64,000 nt of DNA, from assembly GCA_964365185.1 (NCBI GenBank), contig CAYIOP010000002.1, positions 66,684-130,683 on the forward strand, given 5' to 3'. Numbering within the stretch: the stretch's first letter is position 1; each line of letters begins with the position of its first letter. Position numbers and translations under genes: made by a program. The DNA comes from an uncultured Candidatus Saccharibacteria bacterium (GTDB lineage Bacteria > Patescibacteriota > Minisyncoccia > UBA6257 > 2-01-FULL-56-20). The notes below the pieces were generated by a model. That model saw only the letters and a program-made list of their open reading frames with translations, did not search any database and was not told the origin of the DNA. Of the stretch, positions 38,179-48,287 are shown piece by piece.

Positions 38179-39102
38179 ATGAAATATCAACTAATCATCA
38201 TTGGCGGTGGTCCGGGCGGCGTGGCTGCGGGCGTTTACGCTGCCAGAAAAAAAATCAAAACTGCTTTAATTGCCGAAGAGTTCGGCGGCCAATCTTTGGT
38301 TTCGGCTGATGTCAAAAATTGGATCGGCACTAAATCCATCTCTGGTTTTGATTTGGCTCAAAACCTAGAGAGTCATCTGCGAGATCAAGAGGGAATTGAT
38401 ATTTTTGCCGGCGAGAAAGCCGTTAAAGTTGAAAAAGCTGGCGATTCTTTCAAAGTTGAAACTTCATCCGGTAAAACTTTCGAAACCAAGTATCTTCTAA
38501 TTGTCTCCGGCAGCCGCCGGAAGCGTCTTAGCGTCCCTGGCGAAAATAAACATGAGGGTAAAGGCGTAGCTTATTGTTCCATTTGCGACGCGCCGCTTTT
38601 TAATGATAAGGAGGTGGTGGTTGTAGGCGGCGGCAACGCCGGTCTTGAAGCTGTGGTTGATCTTTTACCCTACGCTAAAAAAATCTTTCTTTTAGTCCGT
38701 GGTGATTCTCCTAAAGGCGACCCAATTACTTTAGATAAGATTAAACAAAATCCCAAGGTTGAAATTATTTTAAGCGCCCAAACATTGGAAATTTTAGGTG
38801 AAGAAAATGTTAGCGGTCTTAAATACCAAGACCTGAAATCCAACGAAGAAAAAACCATCGCTATTCAGGGGGTATTTGTCGAAATAGGCATTGTCCCAAA
38901 CTCCGATTTTGTAAAAGATTTGGTGGCGTTAAACGAGCGCAAGGAGATCATCTCCGATCCCCGCACCAAGCGCGCCTCTCTTTCCGGCATCTGGGCCGTT
39001 GGCGATGTTACCGATGCCCTCTACCGCCAGAACAACATCTCCGCCGGCGACGCCATCACCGCTGTTTTAAATATTTATGATGAAATTAATAAATCTTCAT
39101 AA
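38179..39102 (+). CDS. trxB: thioredoxin-disulfide reductase
   Basis: MKYQLIIIGGGPGGVAAGVYAARK FAD motif, CSICDA redox CxxC and VVGGGNAGLE NADPH motif. ATG at 38179 is preferred over the low-complexity upstream extension. Confidence 0.8.
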   Translation: MKYQLIIIGGGPGGVAAGVYAARKKIKTALIAEEFGGQSLVSADVKNWIGTKSISGFDLAQNLESHLRDQEGIDIFAGEKAVKVEKAGDSFKVETSSGKTFETKYLLIVSGSRRKRLSVPGENKHEGKGVAYCSICDAPLFNDKEVVVVGGGNAGLEAVVDLLPYAKKIFLLVRGDSPKGDPITLDKIKQNPKVEIILSAQTLEILGEENVSGLKYQDLKSNEEKTIAIQGVFVEIGIVPNSDFVKDLVALNERKEIISDPRTKRASLSGIWAVGDVTDALYRQNNISAGDAITAVLNIYDEINKSS

Positions 39103-39172
39103 TTTCCATTTTAAAAATCCGTTTTTCCTAAAAAAATTAGTTCAATTTTCAACAAAATCTTATAATCCCACT

Positions 39173-39472
39173 GTGTCAAAGAAAATAATTTATACCACCC
39201 ATCTTCTTTCAAGAATTAATATCCGCAGAATTCCCAGAGGACTACCCCTCCAAATTTACAAAAACTCCGACAATTATTACTTTGATATTGAAACCAATCT
39301 TTTCATAGCGGTAAAAGCTGTTGGTCGGGGCAAAAACAAAAAGAAATACGCGCTTGCTTTTGAAGTCAAAAATGATACAATCTTTTTAATCACCATTCAT
39401 CCAATTAAGAAAAATCAAGAAGAAAATCGTATCCGTTCAAAAAGATGGCAAAAAATAATTCTCAAAATTTAA
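39173..39472 (+). CDS. DUF4258-family protein (putative toxin of DUF4258/DUF2283 pair)
   Basis: KKIIYTTHLLSRINIRRIPRGLP...TIFLITIHPIK fits the DUF4258 pattern. The start is uncertain: GTG at 39173, or ATG at 39077 with a low-complexity N-terminus overlapping trxB. Confidence 0.4.
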   Translation: MSKKIIYTTHLLSRINIRRIPRGLPLQIYKNSDNYYFDIETNLFIAVKAVGRGKNKKKYALAFEVKNDTIFLITIHPIKKNQEENRIRSKRWQKIILKI

Positions 39473-39684
39473 TCGTTAACTACGACCCTGCCTCCGACAG
39501 TTTGCTTCTGGCTATCAAAAAAGGCAAAGAAGAAAGTTTCGAAGAAATTGCCCCCGGCGTCTCCGTTGAATTTGATAGTAAGGGAAACATTTTGGGTTTT
39601 GAAATCTTAAAGGCCTCTCGGCATTTCAAAAAATCCCTGCCCGATCTCGCCAAAAAAGCTAGAGAACTAGCTCTGGTAAAATAA
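39445..39684 (+). CDS. DUF2283-family protein (putative antitoxin partner)
   Basis: LIVNYDPASDSLLLAIKKGKEE...SVEFDSKGNILGFEILKAS matches DUF2283 (YD-x-E-x-D-x-L ... D-x-D-x-x-G-x-I-x-G-x-E-I). Confidence 0.55.
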   Translation: MAKNNSQNLIVNYDPASDSLLLAIKKGKEESFEEIAPGVSVEFDSKGNILGFEILKASRHFKKSLPDLAKKARELALVK

Positions 39685-39713
39685 TCGATATCTAATTTAT
39701 TTTTCGCAAAATT

Positions 39714-40325
39714 ATGAACAAAAAAGGATCAGCCAATCTAGCTGTAATATTAATCATCGTGGCCGTCGTGATTGTTGGTGGTTATTTAGTATTAAGCAAA
39801 AAATCTTCTGCGCCCAATTCCGATCAAAACTCCACCTCCACTAGTGGCGGCATACCCGATAACGTAAACGGCGTTCAAGACGAAACCGCCAACTGGCAAA
39901 CCTATCGCAATGATATCTATAAGTTCGAAATTAAATATCCCGAAGAGCTTGTAGGCCCCGCTAATCCAAATATGGGTATCGGCGATGGCGGTACTTTTCA
40001 CTTCGATTTTAAGGAAAGAACAGGCCAATCTATTATATTTTTAACCATGTATCCTAAAGTTTTCGGTAGGCCACCAGTTAATCTTGAAAGTTATTTGACA
40101 AGTGGAGGATTTAACTGGATCAAAGGAGATCTCAGAAATGTTCATGTAGATAATTTGCCAGCAAAGGAGTATTTAAATTTAACTCCAAGCGGCAAAAGCT
40201 CAATCCATGTTTTCTTTGTAAAAGACGATAATGTTTTTGAGTTTGGAACTACTGGGCTTAGTGAAGGAGAGGAGACGGTTGATTTAGTAAGACAAATCTT
40301 ATCAACTCTAAAGTTTTTTGAATAA
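39714..40325 (+). CDS. N-terminally anchored hypothetical protein, paralog family A
   Basis: MNKKGSANLAVILIIVAVVIVGGYLVL anchor, SSAP..QNSTSTS linker and a conserved ETANWQTYRNDIYKFEIKYP block shared with 40968-41585. Confidence 0.5.
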   Translation: MNKKGSANLAVILIIVAVVIVGGYLVLSKKSSAPNSDQNSTSTSGGIPDNVNGVQDETANWQTYRNDIYKFEIKYPEELVGPANPNMGIGDGGTFHFDFKERTGQSIIFLTMYPKVFGRPPVNLESYLTSGGFNWIKGDLRNVHVDNLPAKEYLNLTPSGKSSIHVFFVKDDNVFEFGTTGLSEGEETVDLVRQILSTLKFFE

Positions 40326-40473
40326 AAAAGACATTCTTATACCAAAGTAGGGGAGTTGTTAGTAGCTTCTTTAATATTTAAGTGCGGGGGTATACACGAA
40401 ATCAAAAAATCTGAAAATTAAATTGTCCCGCGGGAAAATTTACTTCCTGCGTTTTTTAAGTTAGTATAAAAAC

Positions 40474-40716
40474 ATGAATGTAGTTACTATCCCCAAAAAA
40501 TTCTCCTCCAAAGACCTAGTGATTATTCCTCGAGAAGAATACGAGAAACTTTTAAAGCTCAAATCAATCCTGCCTTTTTTCAAACCCACCCGTGGCGAAC
40601 TTAAGGTCATTGCCCGCGGTCGTCGGGAAGTTGCTAAAGGCAAATATACTCCTTGGGGCGCAGTTAAAAATGAACTGGAAAATTTATCTAACCGATCACG
40701 CAAGAAAACAAGCTAG
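40474..40716 (+). CDS. putative antitoxin (Phd/YefM- or AbrB-like) of RelE module
   Basis: VVTIPKKFSSKDLVIIPREEYEKLL resembles antitoxin DNA-binding/neutralisation regions. It overlaps the relE start. Confidence 0.4.
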   Translation: MNVVTIPKKFSSKDLVIIPREEYEKLLKLKSILPFFKPTRGELKVIARGRREVAKGKYTPWGAVKNELENLSNRSRKKTS

Positions 40717-40927
40717 AAAAATTCCTGTTTTTGATCTTGCTAGGATCAATAAAACCATCGATAATCTAGAAATAAATCCATTCGCTGGCGATATTCAAAA
40801 ACTTGAAGGTGAAGAAAATGTCTGGCGACGTCGAATTGGGAACTATAGAATCACTTATGAAGTTATGATTAGTCAAAAGAAAGTTTTTATCTACGAAATT
40901 AAGAGGCGAACTTCATCAACTTATTAG
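40670..40927 (+). CDS. relE: RelE/ParE-family type II toxin
   Basis: MNWKIYLTDHARKQARKIP...FAGDIQKLEGEENVWRRRIGNYRITYEV...VFIYEIKRR matches the RelE/ParE consensus (W.I..t..A...l..l ... wRlRiGdYRiiYe). Confidence 0.65.
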   Translation: MNWKIYLTDHARKQARKIPVFDLARINKTIDNLEINPFAGDIQKLEGEENVWRRRIGNYRITYEVMISQKKVFIYEIKRRTSSTY

Positions 40928-40967
40928 TCAATTCAGAAAATAACGAAAAATAAATAAAATCTAAATA

Positions 40968-41585
40968 ATGAACAAAAAAGGAGTAGCTAATATAGTTGTA
41001 ATCTTAATCATCGTGGTCGTGGCCATAGTCGTTGTCGCGGGTTATCTGGTCTTCAAAAATAAATCTTCCGCCCCAAGTGCGAACCAAAATTCAACTTCAA
41101 CTAGTCAGGTATGGGAAGATGATTTCAGTGAAACCCAAGGAAATCATCAGATCGCTAGCGAAACCGCTAACTGGCAAACCTACAAAAACGAAAAATACGG
41201 TTTTGAATTTCGATATCCTAGTAATTGGGTGATTACCCTCGATGCAGATACGCCAAATCAATCAGCTTTGACAGTAATGTTTAGTGATAATTCGGGTAAA
41301 AATGTTTTTATCGCCGGAACAGGTTCTTCTGACGATTTAAAAAACTTCAAAACAGGATTTAATTCTATCAAAGAGGAAAAAAATATAACTTTACTTGGTT
41401 TGCCAGCCACTATGGTTATTGGCACTCAGCAGCATTTTGATGGCAGCGGTAAAGAAATAAAAGAAGTAATAGTTGAGGAAATTTTGGTAGCAGTCCAAAA
41501 ATCAGGTACGGTCTATATTTTAAGCGGACCCGTATCTGCGGATATTATGAACCAAATCTTAAGCACCCTTAAAATTAAAAAATAA
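40968..41585 (+). CDS. N-terminally anchored hypothetical protein, paralog family A
   Basis: MNKKGVANIVVILIIVVVAIVVVAGYLVF anchor and ETANWQTYKNEKYGFEFRYP block. About 75% nucleotide identity to the 5' end of 39714-40325. Confidence 0.5.
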   Translation: MNKKGVANIVVILIIVVVAIVVVAGYLVFKNKSSAPSANQNSTSTSQVWEDDFSETQGNHQIASETANWQTYKNEKYGFEFRYPSNWVITLDADTPNQSALTVMFSDNSGKNVFIAGTGSSDDLKNFKTGFNSIKEEKNITLLGLPATMVIGTQQHFDGSGKEIKEVIVEEILVAVQKSGTVYILSGPVSADIMNQILSTLKIKK

Positions 41586-41699
41586 ATGAGTAAAAAATTA
41601 ATTTTAACTATTGCATTTATTTTAATAATTATTGTAGGAATTATAATTTTCAGGGCGTTCTCCCTACCTACCCCCCCTGCATTTCCTAACTAAGAAGAA

Positions 41700-42407
41700 A
41701 TGATGAAATTCAAAAAGAATCACCTCAAATTTATCGTACTGTTTTTTGTTACCGCCTTTTCCGTTTTTACACTATTTTATTCAGCTAACGCCGAAGATAT
41801 AAAACAACCATATTTAGTTGGGCATAATATTAAGATCACTAAAGGGTGGAATCTACTTATTAATACTGACTTTAATCCTTATCCCTATAATCCAGAAAAT
41901 ACAACTAAAGAAGGCGATATTAGCAAAGACGACATATTAGTTCGTTATAATTGGTTAAATCCTTTAAACAAATATATTCGTGGAGATAAAGATATTTCTA
42001 AAAAAGACCAGAAAAAAATGGCTGAACTAAAGAATCAATTAGGCGTGGACGCCGAATTTTATACTAGTAATAATGCCTCGTTTGTTTATTTCAAAAAATC
42101 TGGCACGTTTACAGCATCTAAATATAAAGGGGTAAATAATTCATATATTAGCGCTTCTCCCTATCACCGGGTCAAACTCTTCAAAGGATGGAATCTAAAA
42201 TACATTGATCAATGGATGGTATCAAATGAGGGTAGAAGTATCGATGATTTTAAAGGCAACTGTACTGTTGAAAAACTATATCTTTATGACGGCGAAAATG
42301 GGGATTGGCAATCTTATTTGCAAAGTAAGTTTACGGACGAGATGGTTTTTAGGGGTTTCGCAATTAAAGTATCCGATAATTGTGAATTTAATAATCCTCA
42401 AACATAG
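41700..42407 (+). CDS. hypothetical secreted protein
   Basis: N-terminal signal peptide (...FYSANA). Internal repeat KITKGWNLL / KLFKGWNLKYI. Confidence 0.4.
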   Translation: MMKFKKNHLKFIVLFFVTAFSVFTLFYSANAEDIKQPYLVGHNIKITKGWNLLINTDFNPYPYNPENTTKEGDISKDDILVRYNWLNPLNKYIRGDKDISKKDQKKMAELKNQLGVDAEFYTSNNASFVYFKKSGTFTASKYKGVNNSYISASPYHRVKLFKGWNLKYIDQWMVSNEGRSIDDFKGNCTVEKLYLYDGENGDWQSYLQSKFTDEMVFRGFAIKVSDNCEFNNPQT

Positions 42408-42618
42408 TAAATTCACCCTTGACAAAAAGCAGAAAAAAGAATACAATTTAGGCCTCAAAATACCCAGCTTTAAGTCAGGTATTTTTGTTAATAAGTAGTA
42501 ACTTGAAATCTAAATAAACCTTTGCCCAAAGAAGGAGGTAAACCAATGTAGGTTAAAAGGATTTAACCCGCTCACAAAAACTAGGGGGTAATCACTTAAA
42601 TTTCAGAAAGGAAAAAAA

Positions 42619-43518
42619 GTGAAACAGCTCTTCAGTATTCTGGTTATCTTTGTCGCTGCCGTCTTCTTTTTCGGTTGCGATAGATCAAGCAACACAGTTG
42701 CTCCCGAGGAAAGTTCCAACACGGCTTTTCTCAAAATCACTTTCGTCACCCCGTCTACCTACGACATTAACGTTGAAAAAAATCAGCTTGTCGTGAGCGT
42801 GACTTCCGTGGACGGAAAAATTTCCAGCTACACACTGGAAAATCCTAAGCCAACCGCAAGCGACGCCGGTGTTTATTACATTTTCCACGACAGCGTAGCT
42901 GTCGAAGTCCCCGAATACGGAAAGAAAAATACCTATTCTATCCGGGTTTCCTACCTCGGATTTTCAGAGAGGGCGAATACTTTTTCTCCGTCCCAAGATG
43001 TGAGTCATTGGGCGTTCATTAACGAACAATCGCCCTATCAATTCGCGTCTGACGGCTCGATCGTCATTTCTATAGATGCGGCCGGAAATACCAGTTTGTA
43101 TTCCAACACTAGGGATTATCTCTATCCCATCTATATTGCGGCGAGCAACACGTATTCCTATGATTTTGGCGGCCCGGTCACTATTACCGTCGATCACCTC
43201 ATCGCGACTTCAGACGGGCAAACACTCTGGCAGCCCCTACTGATCGTCTCCTCGTATTTTAATACTTATCGGACGGCCGTAAGATACGATATAAACTCTT
43301 CAAACCCGTGGTCGGTTACCTCGAAGTTTCTGACCGGCGGATATTCCGAGGAAAATCTTCGTATTCGGGCCGTGGTTAACTATTCTTGGGGAGGCACCTC
43401 GGTAGTAACCAATTTACTTGCGATTGATGTGAATGGGTGGAGAAATCCCCCAGCCAGTCGAGTTGAAAATGGCTATACCATTTTTCAACTTCCATTCTCC
43501 GGCGGCGGCAAAGGTTAA
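42619..43518 (+). CDS. hypothetical lipoprotein (GC-richer region)
   Basis: GTG start. Signal peptide with lipobox VFFFGC. Local GC is visibly higher than its neighbours. Confidence 0.4.
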   Translation: MKQLFSILVIFVAAVFFFGCDRSSNTVAPEESSNTAFLKITFVTPSTYDINVEKNQLVVSVTSVDGKISSYTLENPKPTASDAGVYYIFHDSVAVEVPEYGKKNTYSIRVSYLGFSERANTFSPSQDVSHWAFINEQSPYQFASDGSIVISIDAAGNTSLYSNTRDYLYPIYIAASNTYSYDFGGPVTITVDHLIATSDGQTLWQPLLIVSSYFNTYRTAVRYDINSSNPWSVTSKFLTGGYSEENLRIRAVVNYSWGGTSVVTNLLAIDVNGWRNPPASRVENGYTIFQLPFSGGGKG

Positions 43519-43683
43519 GAAAAAGTCGTATACTGCTGGCCAAGATTTCGCTCCACGCGAACGGCAGTAGCGGCCAATGCCTCGATCTATGTATCGGGGC
43601 ATTTTTTTATTGACTTATTTAAAAACTCGGAGTATAAAATAATCTGACAAACTTGAAAACTAACCATTAACCGGAGGGTTAAA

Positions 43684-43890
43684 ATGAATATTGTTTACTG
43701 GGACTGGTTTAGCAAACCCAAGGAATTAATGAAGAGATACCAGGTAGGTTTATGGATCATCCTTGTTTGTTCCTTAGCGGCGCTTATTACTCTTATAGCC
43801 ACCACTAAAAATGAACAAGATTTTACTTTCACAGGGCTACTCGTTATTGTTTCTATTTTGACATCTATAGTCGTTCCCATAGCATCATGA
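43684..43890 (+). CDS. small hypothetical membrane protein
   Basis: 68 aa with two hydrophobic helices. The stop overlaps the next start. Confidence 0.3.
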   Translation: MNIVYWDWFSKPKELMKRYQVGLWIILVCSLAALITLIATTKNEQDFTFTGLLVIVSILTSIVVPIAS

Positions 43891-44279
43891 TTTCCAAGCT
43901 GGGGACTACAGACGCAATAGAAACTGAACTAACTCGCCTTGTGCTCGGCCAGCCAATCTATCCAAGCTTCATCAGTCAGCACACCCTTTTCTCTCTCCTC
44001 TACGTTTGCTCAATTGCAGACAGAAAAAATGACCCCTCAACCATCATCCTGCTTTTAAGAGAAGAAAACAGCGATAAACTTCTTTTAGTGGGTATTCCAG
44101 AATCAACAGGCATGGAAAAAACAACGGTCACTTTTGAAATAGTCAAATCCTTAGAAGGAGAAAAAGTTCGGATCATACCAATCGAGGGTGGATATCGTGT
44201 TGTTCAAGAAAAAATTTTACCTCCATCTATTCTCCCAGAACCAGGAAGAGACACAATCAAAACGCCAGTTACTGCCTAA
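43887..44279 (+). CDS. hypothetical protein
   Basis: 130-aa ORF translationally coupled to the upstream small ORF. Followed by the terminator at 44314-44346. Confidence 0.35.
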   Translation: MISKLGTTDAIETELTRLVLGQPIYPSFISQHTLFSLLYVCSIADRKNDPSTIILLLREENSDKLLLVGIPESTGMEKTTVTFEIVKSLEGEKVRIIPIEGGYRVVQEKILPPSILPEPGRDTIKTPVTA

Positions 44280-44313
44280 CCTTACCAACTATCGCCAACA
44301 TGGCAATGCCAAA

Positions 44314-44346
44314 GGCGGCTCGATTCATTTCGAGGCCGCCTTTTTC
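44314..44346 (+). terminator. intrinsic terminator
   Basis: ggcggctcg-attcatttc-gaggccgcc hairpin followed by TTTTTCTTT. Confidence 0.6.
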
Positions 44347-44555
44347 TTTGCAATCTCCGGAGCGAATTTTATTTTCGGGAAGTCCCTATGTATTCCTCCA
44401 CCTAAGCGAGTTTTTGTCTTGAGAGAAGCTTTCGGACTGAGCCGTAGCTTGGTCCCGAAGCTTTAGCAAGGGTACGGCGAAGGAGAAGCAGGGGTATTTT
44501 AATTCGCTGGAAATTAAATAACTCCGGTTCTCTCAAGGCAAAAACGAGCGACCTC

Positions 44556-44612
44556 TTGACAGGATTTAGCCCCCCGACTACACTATTAGCACTCTTAGGT
44601 CGAGAGTGCTAA
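44556..44612 (+). promoter_or_regulatory. groESL promoter (TTGACA-17-TACACT) with CIRCE/HrcA operator
   Basis: TTGACA at 44556-44561, 17-nt spacer, TACACT at 44579-44584. A perfect CIRCE TTAGCACTC-N9-GAGTGCTAA spans 44586-44612. Confidence 0.75.
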
Positions 44613-44624
44613 TAAATACAAAAA

Positions 44625-44915
44625 ATGAATTTCAAACCCTTATCCAACCATCTCTTCCTCGAACCGCTCGAAGAAGAGAAAACCACCAAGTCCGGCATTG
44701 TTTTGCCCGACTCAGCGGAAAAAGAAAAACCCATCCGGGGTAAAGTCCTCTCTATTGGCCCCGGCAAGCTAAACGACAAAAGCGAGAGAATCCCGATGTC
44801 GGTCAAGGTCGGAGACATCGTCCTCTTTAAAAAATACGGACCAGATGAAGTTGAAATCGAAGACAAAAAATATCTGGTCGGCGACGAGGACGATATTTTA
44901 GCAATCATTGAATAG
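44625..44915 (+). CDS. groES: co-chaperonin GroES
   Basis: 96 aa, ...GIVLPDSAEKEKPIRGKVLSIGPGK... with the mobile-loop and core GroES pattern. Confidence 0.9.
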   Translation: MNFKPLSNHLFLEPLEEEKTTKSGIVLPDSAEKEKPIRGKVLSIGPGKLNDKSERIPMSVKVGDIVLFKKYGPDEVEIEDKKYLVGDEDDILAIIE

Positions 44916-44982
44916 TGTTGCGCATCAAGTATTAGGTATTAAGTTAAAAATTCTTACCTAATACATGACACCCGACACTTGA

Positions 44983-46650
<1,668 letters not shown>

Positions 46651-46679
46651 AATTCCAGAAAACCTTAGAAACAAAAAAA

Positions 46680-46712
46680 CCACTGAGTTAATATCTCAGC
46701 GGTTTTTGTTTT
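46680..46712 (+). terminator. intrinsic terminator after groEL, plausibly also serving the convergent gene
   Basis: ccactgag-ttaatat-ctcagcgg hairpin followed by TTTTTGTTTT. Confidence 0.6.
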
Positions 46713-46728
46713 CTGTGTTTATAGAGAA

Positions 46729-47562
46729 TTAGGGCAGTCCACCCTTCATTCCTAGTATGGCTGCCATTAATAGAAGTATGCCTAAGTCGAGATTTTGATA
46801 TTTTACCTTTAGCTTGGAAGCAAAAATCAATCTCGAAGCCAGCAAAGCGAACAGACAGATAGCTGATAATATCAGTAGAAAAGGCATAATCGGGTGTTCG
46901 GGTATCTTGAGCGCGACTTGTAAATAGAAAACTACGCTTGCAAGTAAGCACCATCCTGCTACTCGCATCGCGGCTAATTTTCCCATCATCATTGGTAACG
47001 TGAATCGAATGCCTCGGTTCGCTTCAATATCCTCTGTGTCTTTGATGCCTTCTCTTCCTAAATAAACACAGAGTGTTCCCAAAATAAGAGATGGTATGAT
47101 TGGATTTAATCGATTACCAGCCAGCCACCCCATAATAATTGGCGAGACACAAACCATTGCCGCCGTAATATTTTTTATCGGCCAAATTCGGTCAAGCACC
47201 TTACCGTATAAAGCAATAATGACAAAATTCCCGGCTGCAACTACTGCGCAGGCCGCCCCCACAAATATCATTACGATTAAAATCGAAATAACAAATATAG
47301 ATGCTCTCAGCGCGAGTAAGATGATTGGTTTCTTTATTACCACTGGATCCCACCACTTCTTCGCATACATTTCACGACGCATCCCATAATGAAATAAACT
47401 CGACCCAAGGCAACTAAACGCTGCGCAAAAAGCTACTGCGATTTTGGGTTGGTTTAACCACTCTGGTCCATTCGAGATTAAAGCGATAATCCAAGCTCCT
47501 ATTCCTGCTAAAAGACATTGCTTCGGTAAAGAAACCTTAATAGCCAATTCCCAAGTATTCAT
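46729..47562 (-). CDS. UbiA-family prenyltransferase-like membrane protein
   Basis: Polytopic. IKDTEDIEANRGIRFTLP resembles the second Asp-rich motif (DxxxD...R..G.RTLPV) of UbiA prenyltransferases. Confidence 0.45.
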   Translation of the reverse strand: MNTWELAIKVSLPKQCLLAGIGAWIIALISNGPEWLNQPKIAVAFCAAFSCLGSSLFHYGMRREMYAKKWWDPVVIKKPIILLALRASIFVISILIVMIFVGAACAVVAAGNFVIIALYGKVLDRIWPIKNITAAMVCVSPIIMGWLAGNRLNPIIPSLILGTLCVYLGREGIKDTEDIEANRGIRFTLPMMMGKLAAMRVAGWCLLASVVFYLQVALKIPEHPIMPFLLILSAICLFALLASRLIFASKLKVKYQNLDLGILLLMAAILGMKGGLP

Positions 47563-47652
47563 TTTAGCTCCTCGTTCCGAATTGATGTTTCAAAAATAAA
47601 TCAAGTTCCTGAAGTTAGGTTAAAAAATATCTAATCAATTGTCAAAAATTTA

Positions 47653-47681
47653 TTGACAAACACAAAAAGATAATATATAAT
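47653..47681 (+). promoter_or_regulatory. consensus sigma70-type promoter TTGACA-17-TATAAT, overlapped by near-palindrome TTGTCAAAAATTTATTGACAA
   Basis: ttgaca 47653-47658, 17-nt spacer, tataat 47676-47681. AAGGAGG RBS 7 nt upstream of ATG 47763. Confidence 0.6.
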
Positions 47682-47762
47682 TTAAATTAGAAATCAGAGT
47701 TAATTCTCTGTTTTGAAATCATCCAAAAACCGTTAACGTCATGAACCATAAGGAGGAGCATC

Positions 47763-48182
47763 ATGACAACCACTTATTTCTGCATCTTGACCTTCCAGTT
47801 GAAGCCGGAAGATCCAGAGACAAAAATCACTTTCCGTATTCACGTCAACGTCGATCCAACCTTCTTTGCTTCATTTATAAAACAACCCGATCCGCAATGG
47901 AATTTTTACCAACAGCAAGCGACCGATGCTGCTACTATATTGATAGTTGAGCTTCCAAGGGATAAAAAGGGAGAGGCGCCTAAGGCTTGTCTCTCCATCA
48001 AAAACTATCCCGATCAATTTTTTGTATACGAACAAGAAATTCGGATTGACCCGGTGGACAGAAACGAAGGGTGGAAAATCCAGGAAGGATCTCGATATAT
48101 GTATTTTTCTAAAGCAGAAGCAAATCGACACGGACTATTTTATACCCTAACTTCTCTTCTCATATTTCCCAAGTCGAGCTGA
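47763..48182 (+). CDS. hypothetical protein (strongly signalled small gene)
   Basis: 139 aa. Consensus promoter, strong SD and a strong downstream terminator. No recognisable family. Confidence 0.5.
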   Translation: MTTTYFCILTFQLKPEDPETKITFRIHVNVDPTFFASFIKQPDPQWNFYQQQATDAATILIVELPRDKKGEAPKACLSIKNYPDQFFVYEQEIRIDPVDRNEGWKIQEGSRYMYFSKAEANRHGLFYTLTSLLIFPKSS

Positions 48183-48221
48183 TATTTCTATATCAAATCA
48201 AATCACCATCAAATCAAATCA

Positions 48222-48263
48222 CCCCTGTACTAATTTCTTAATTAGTCCAGGGGTTTCTTTTTT
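48222..48263 (+). terminator. intrinsic terminator
   Basis: cccctgtactaatt-tctt-aattagtccagggg 14-bp stem (one mismatch) followed by TTTCTTTTTT. Preceded by a (caaatcaaatcacc)x2 tandem repeat at 48194-48221. Confidence 0.7.
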
Positions 48264-48287
48264 ACCAAATAAAACTACAATTATCTT

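Noticed and set aside
39077-39172. ATG at 39077 as the start of the DUF4258-like gene.
   Set aside because: It would add a 32-aa low-complexity N-terminus overlapping the trxB 3' end. A GTG at 39173 gives a family-typical length, but the start remains uncertain.
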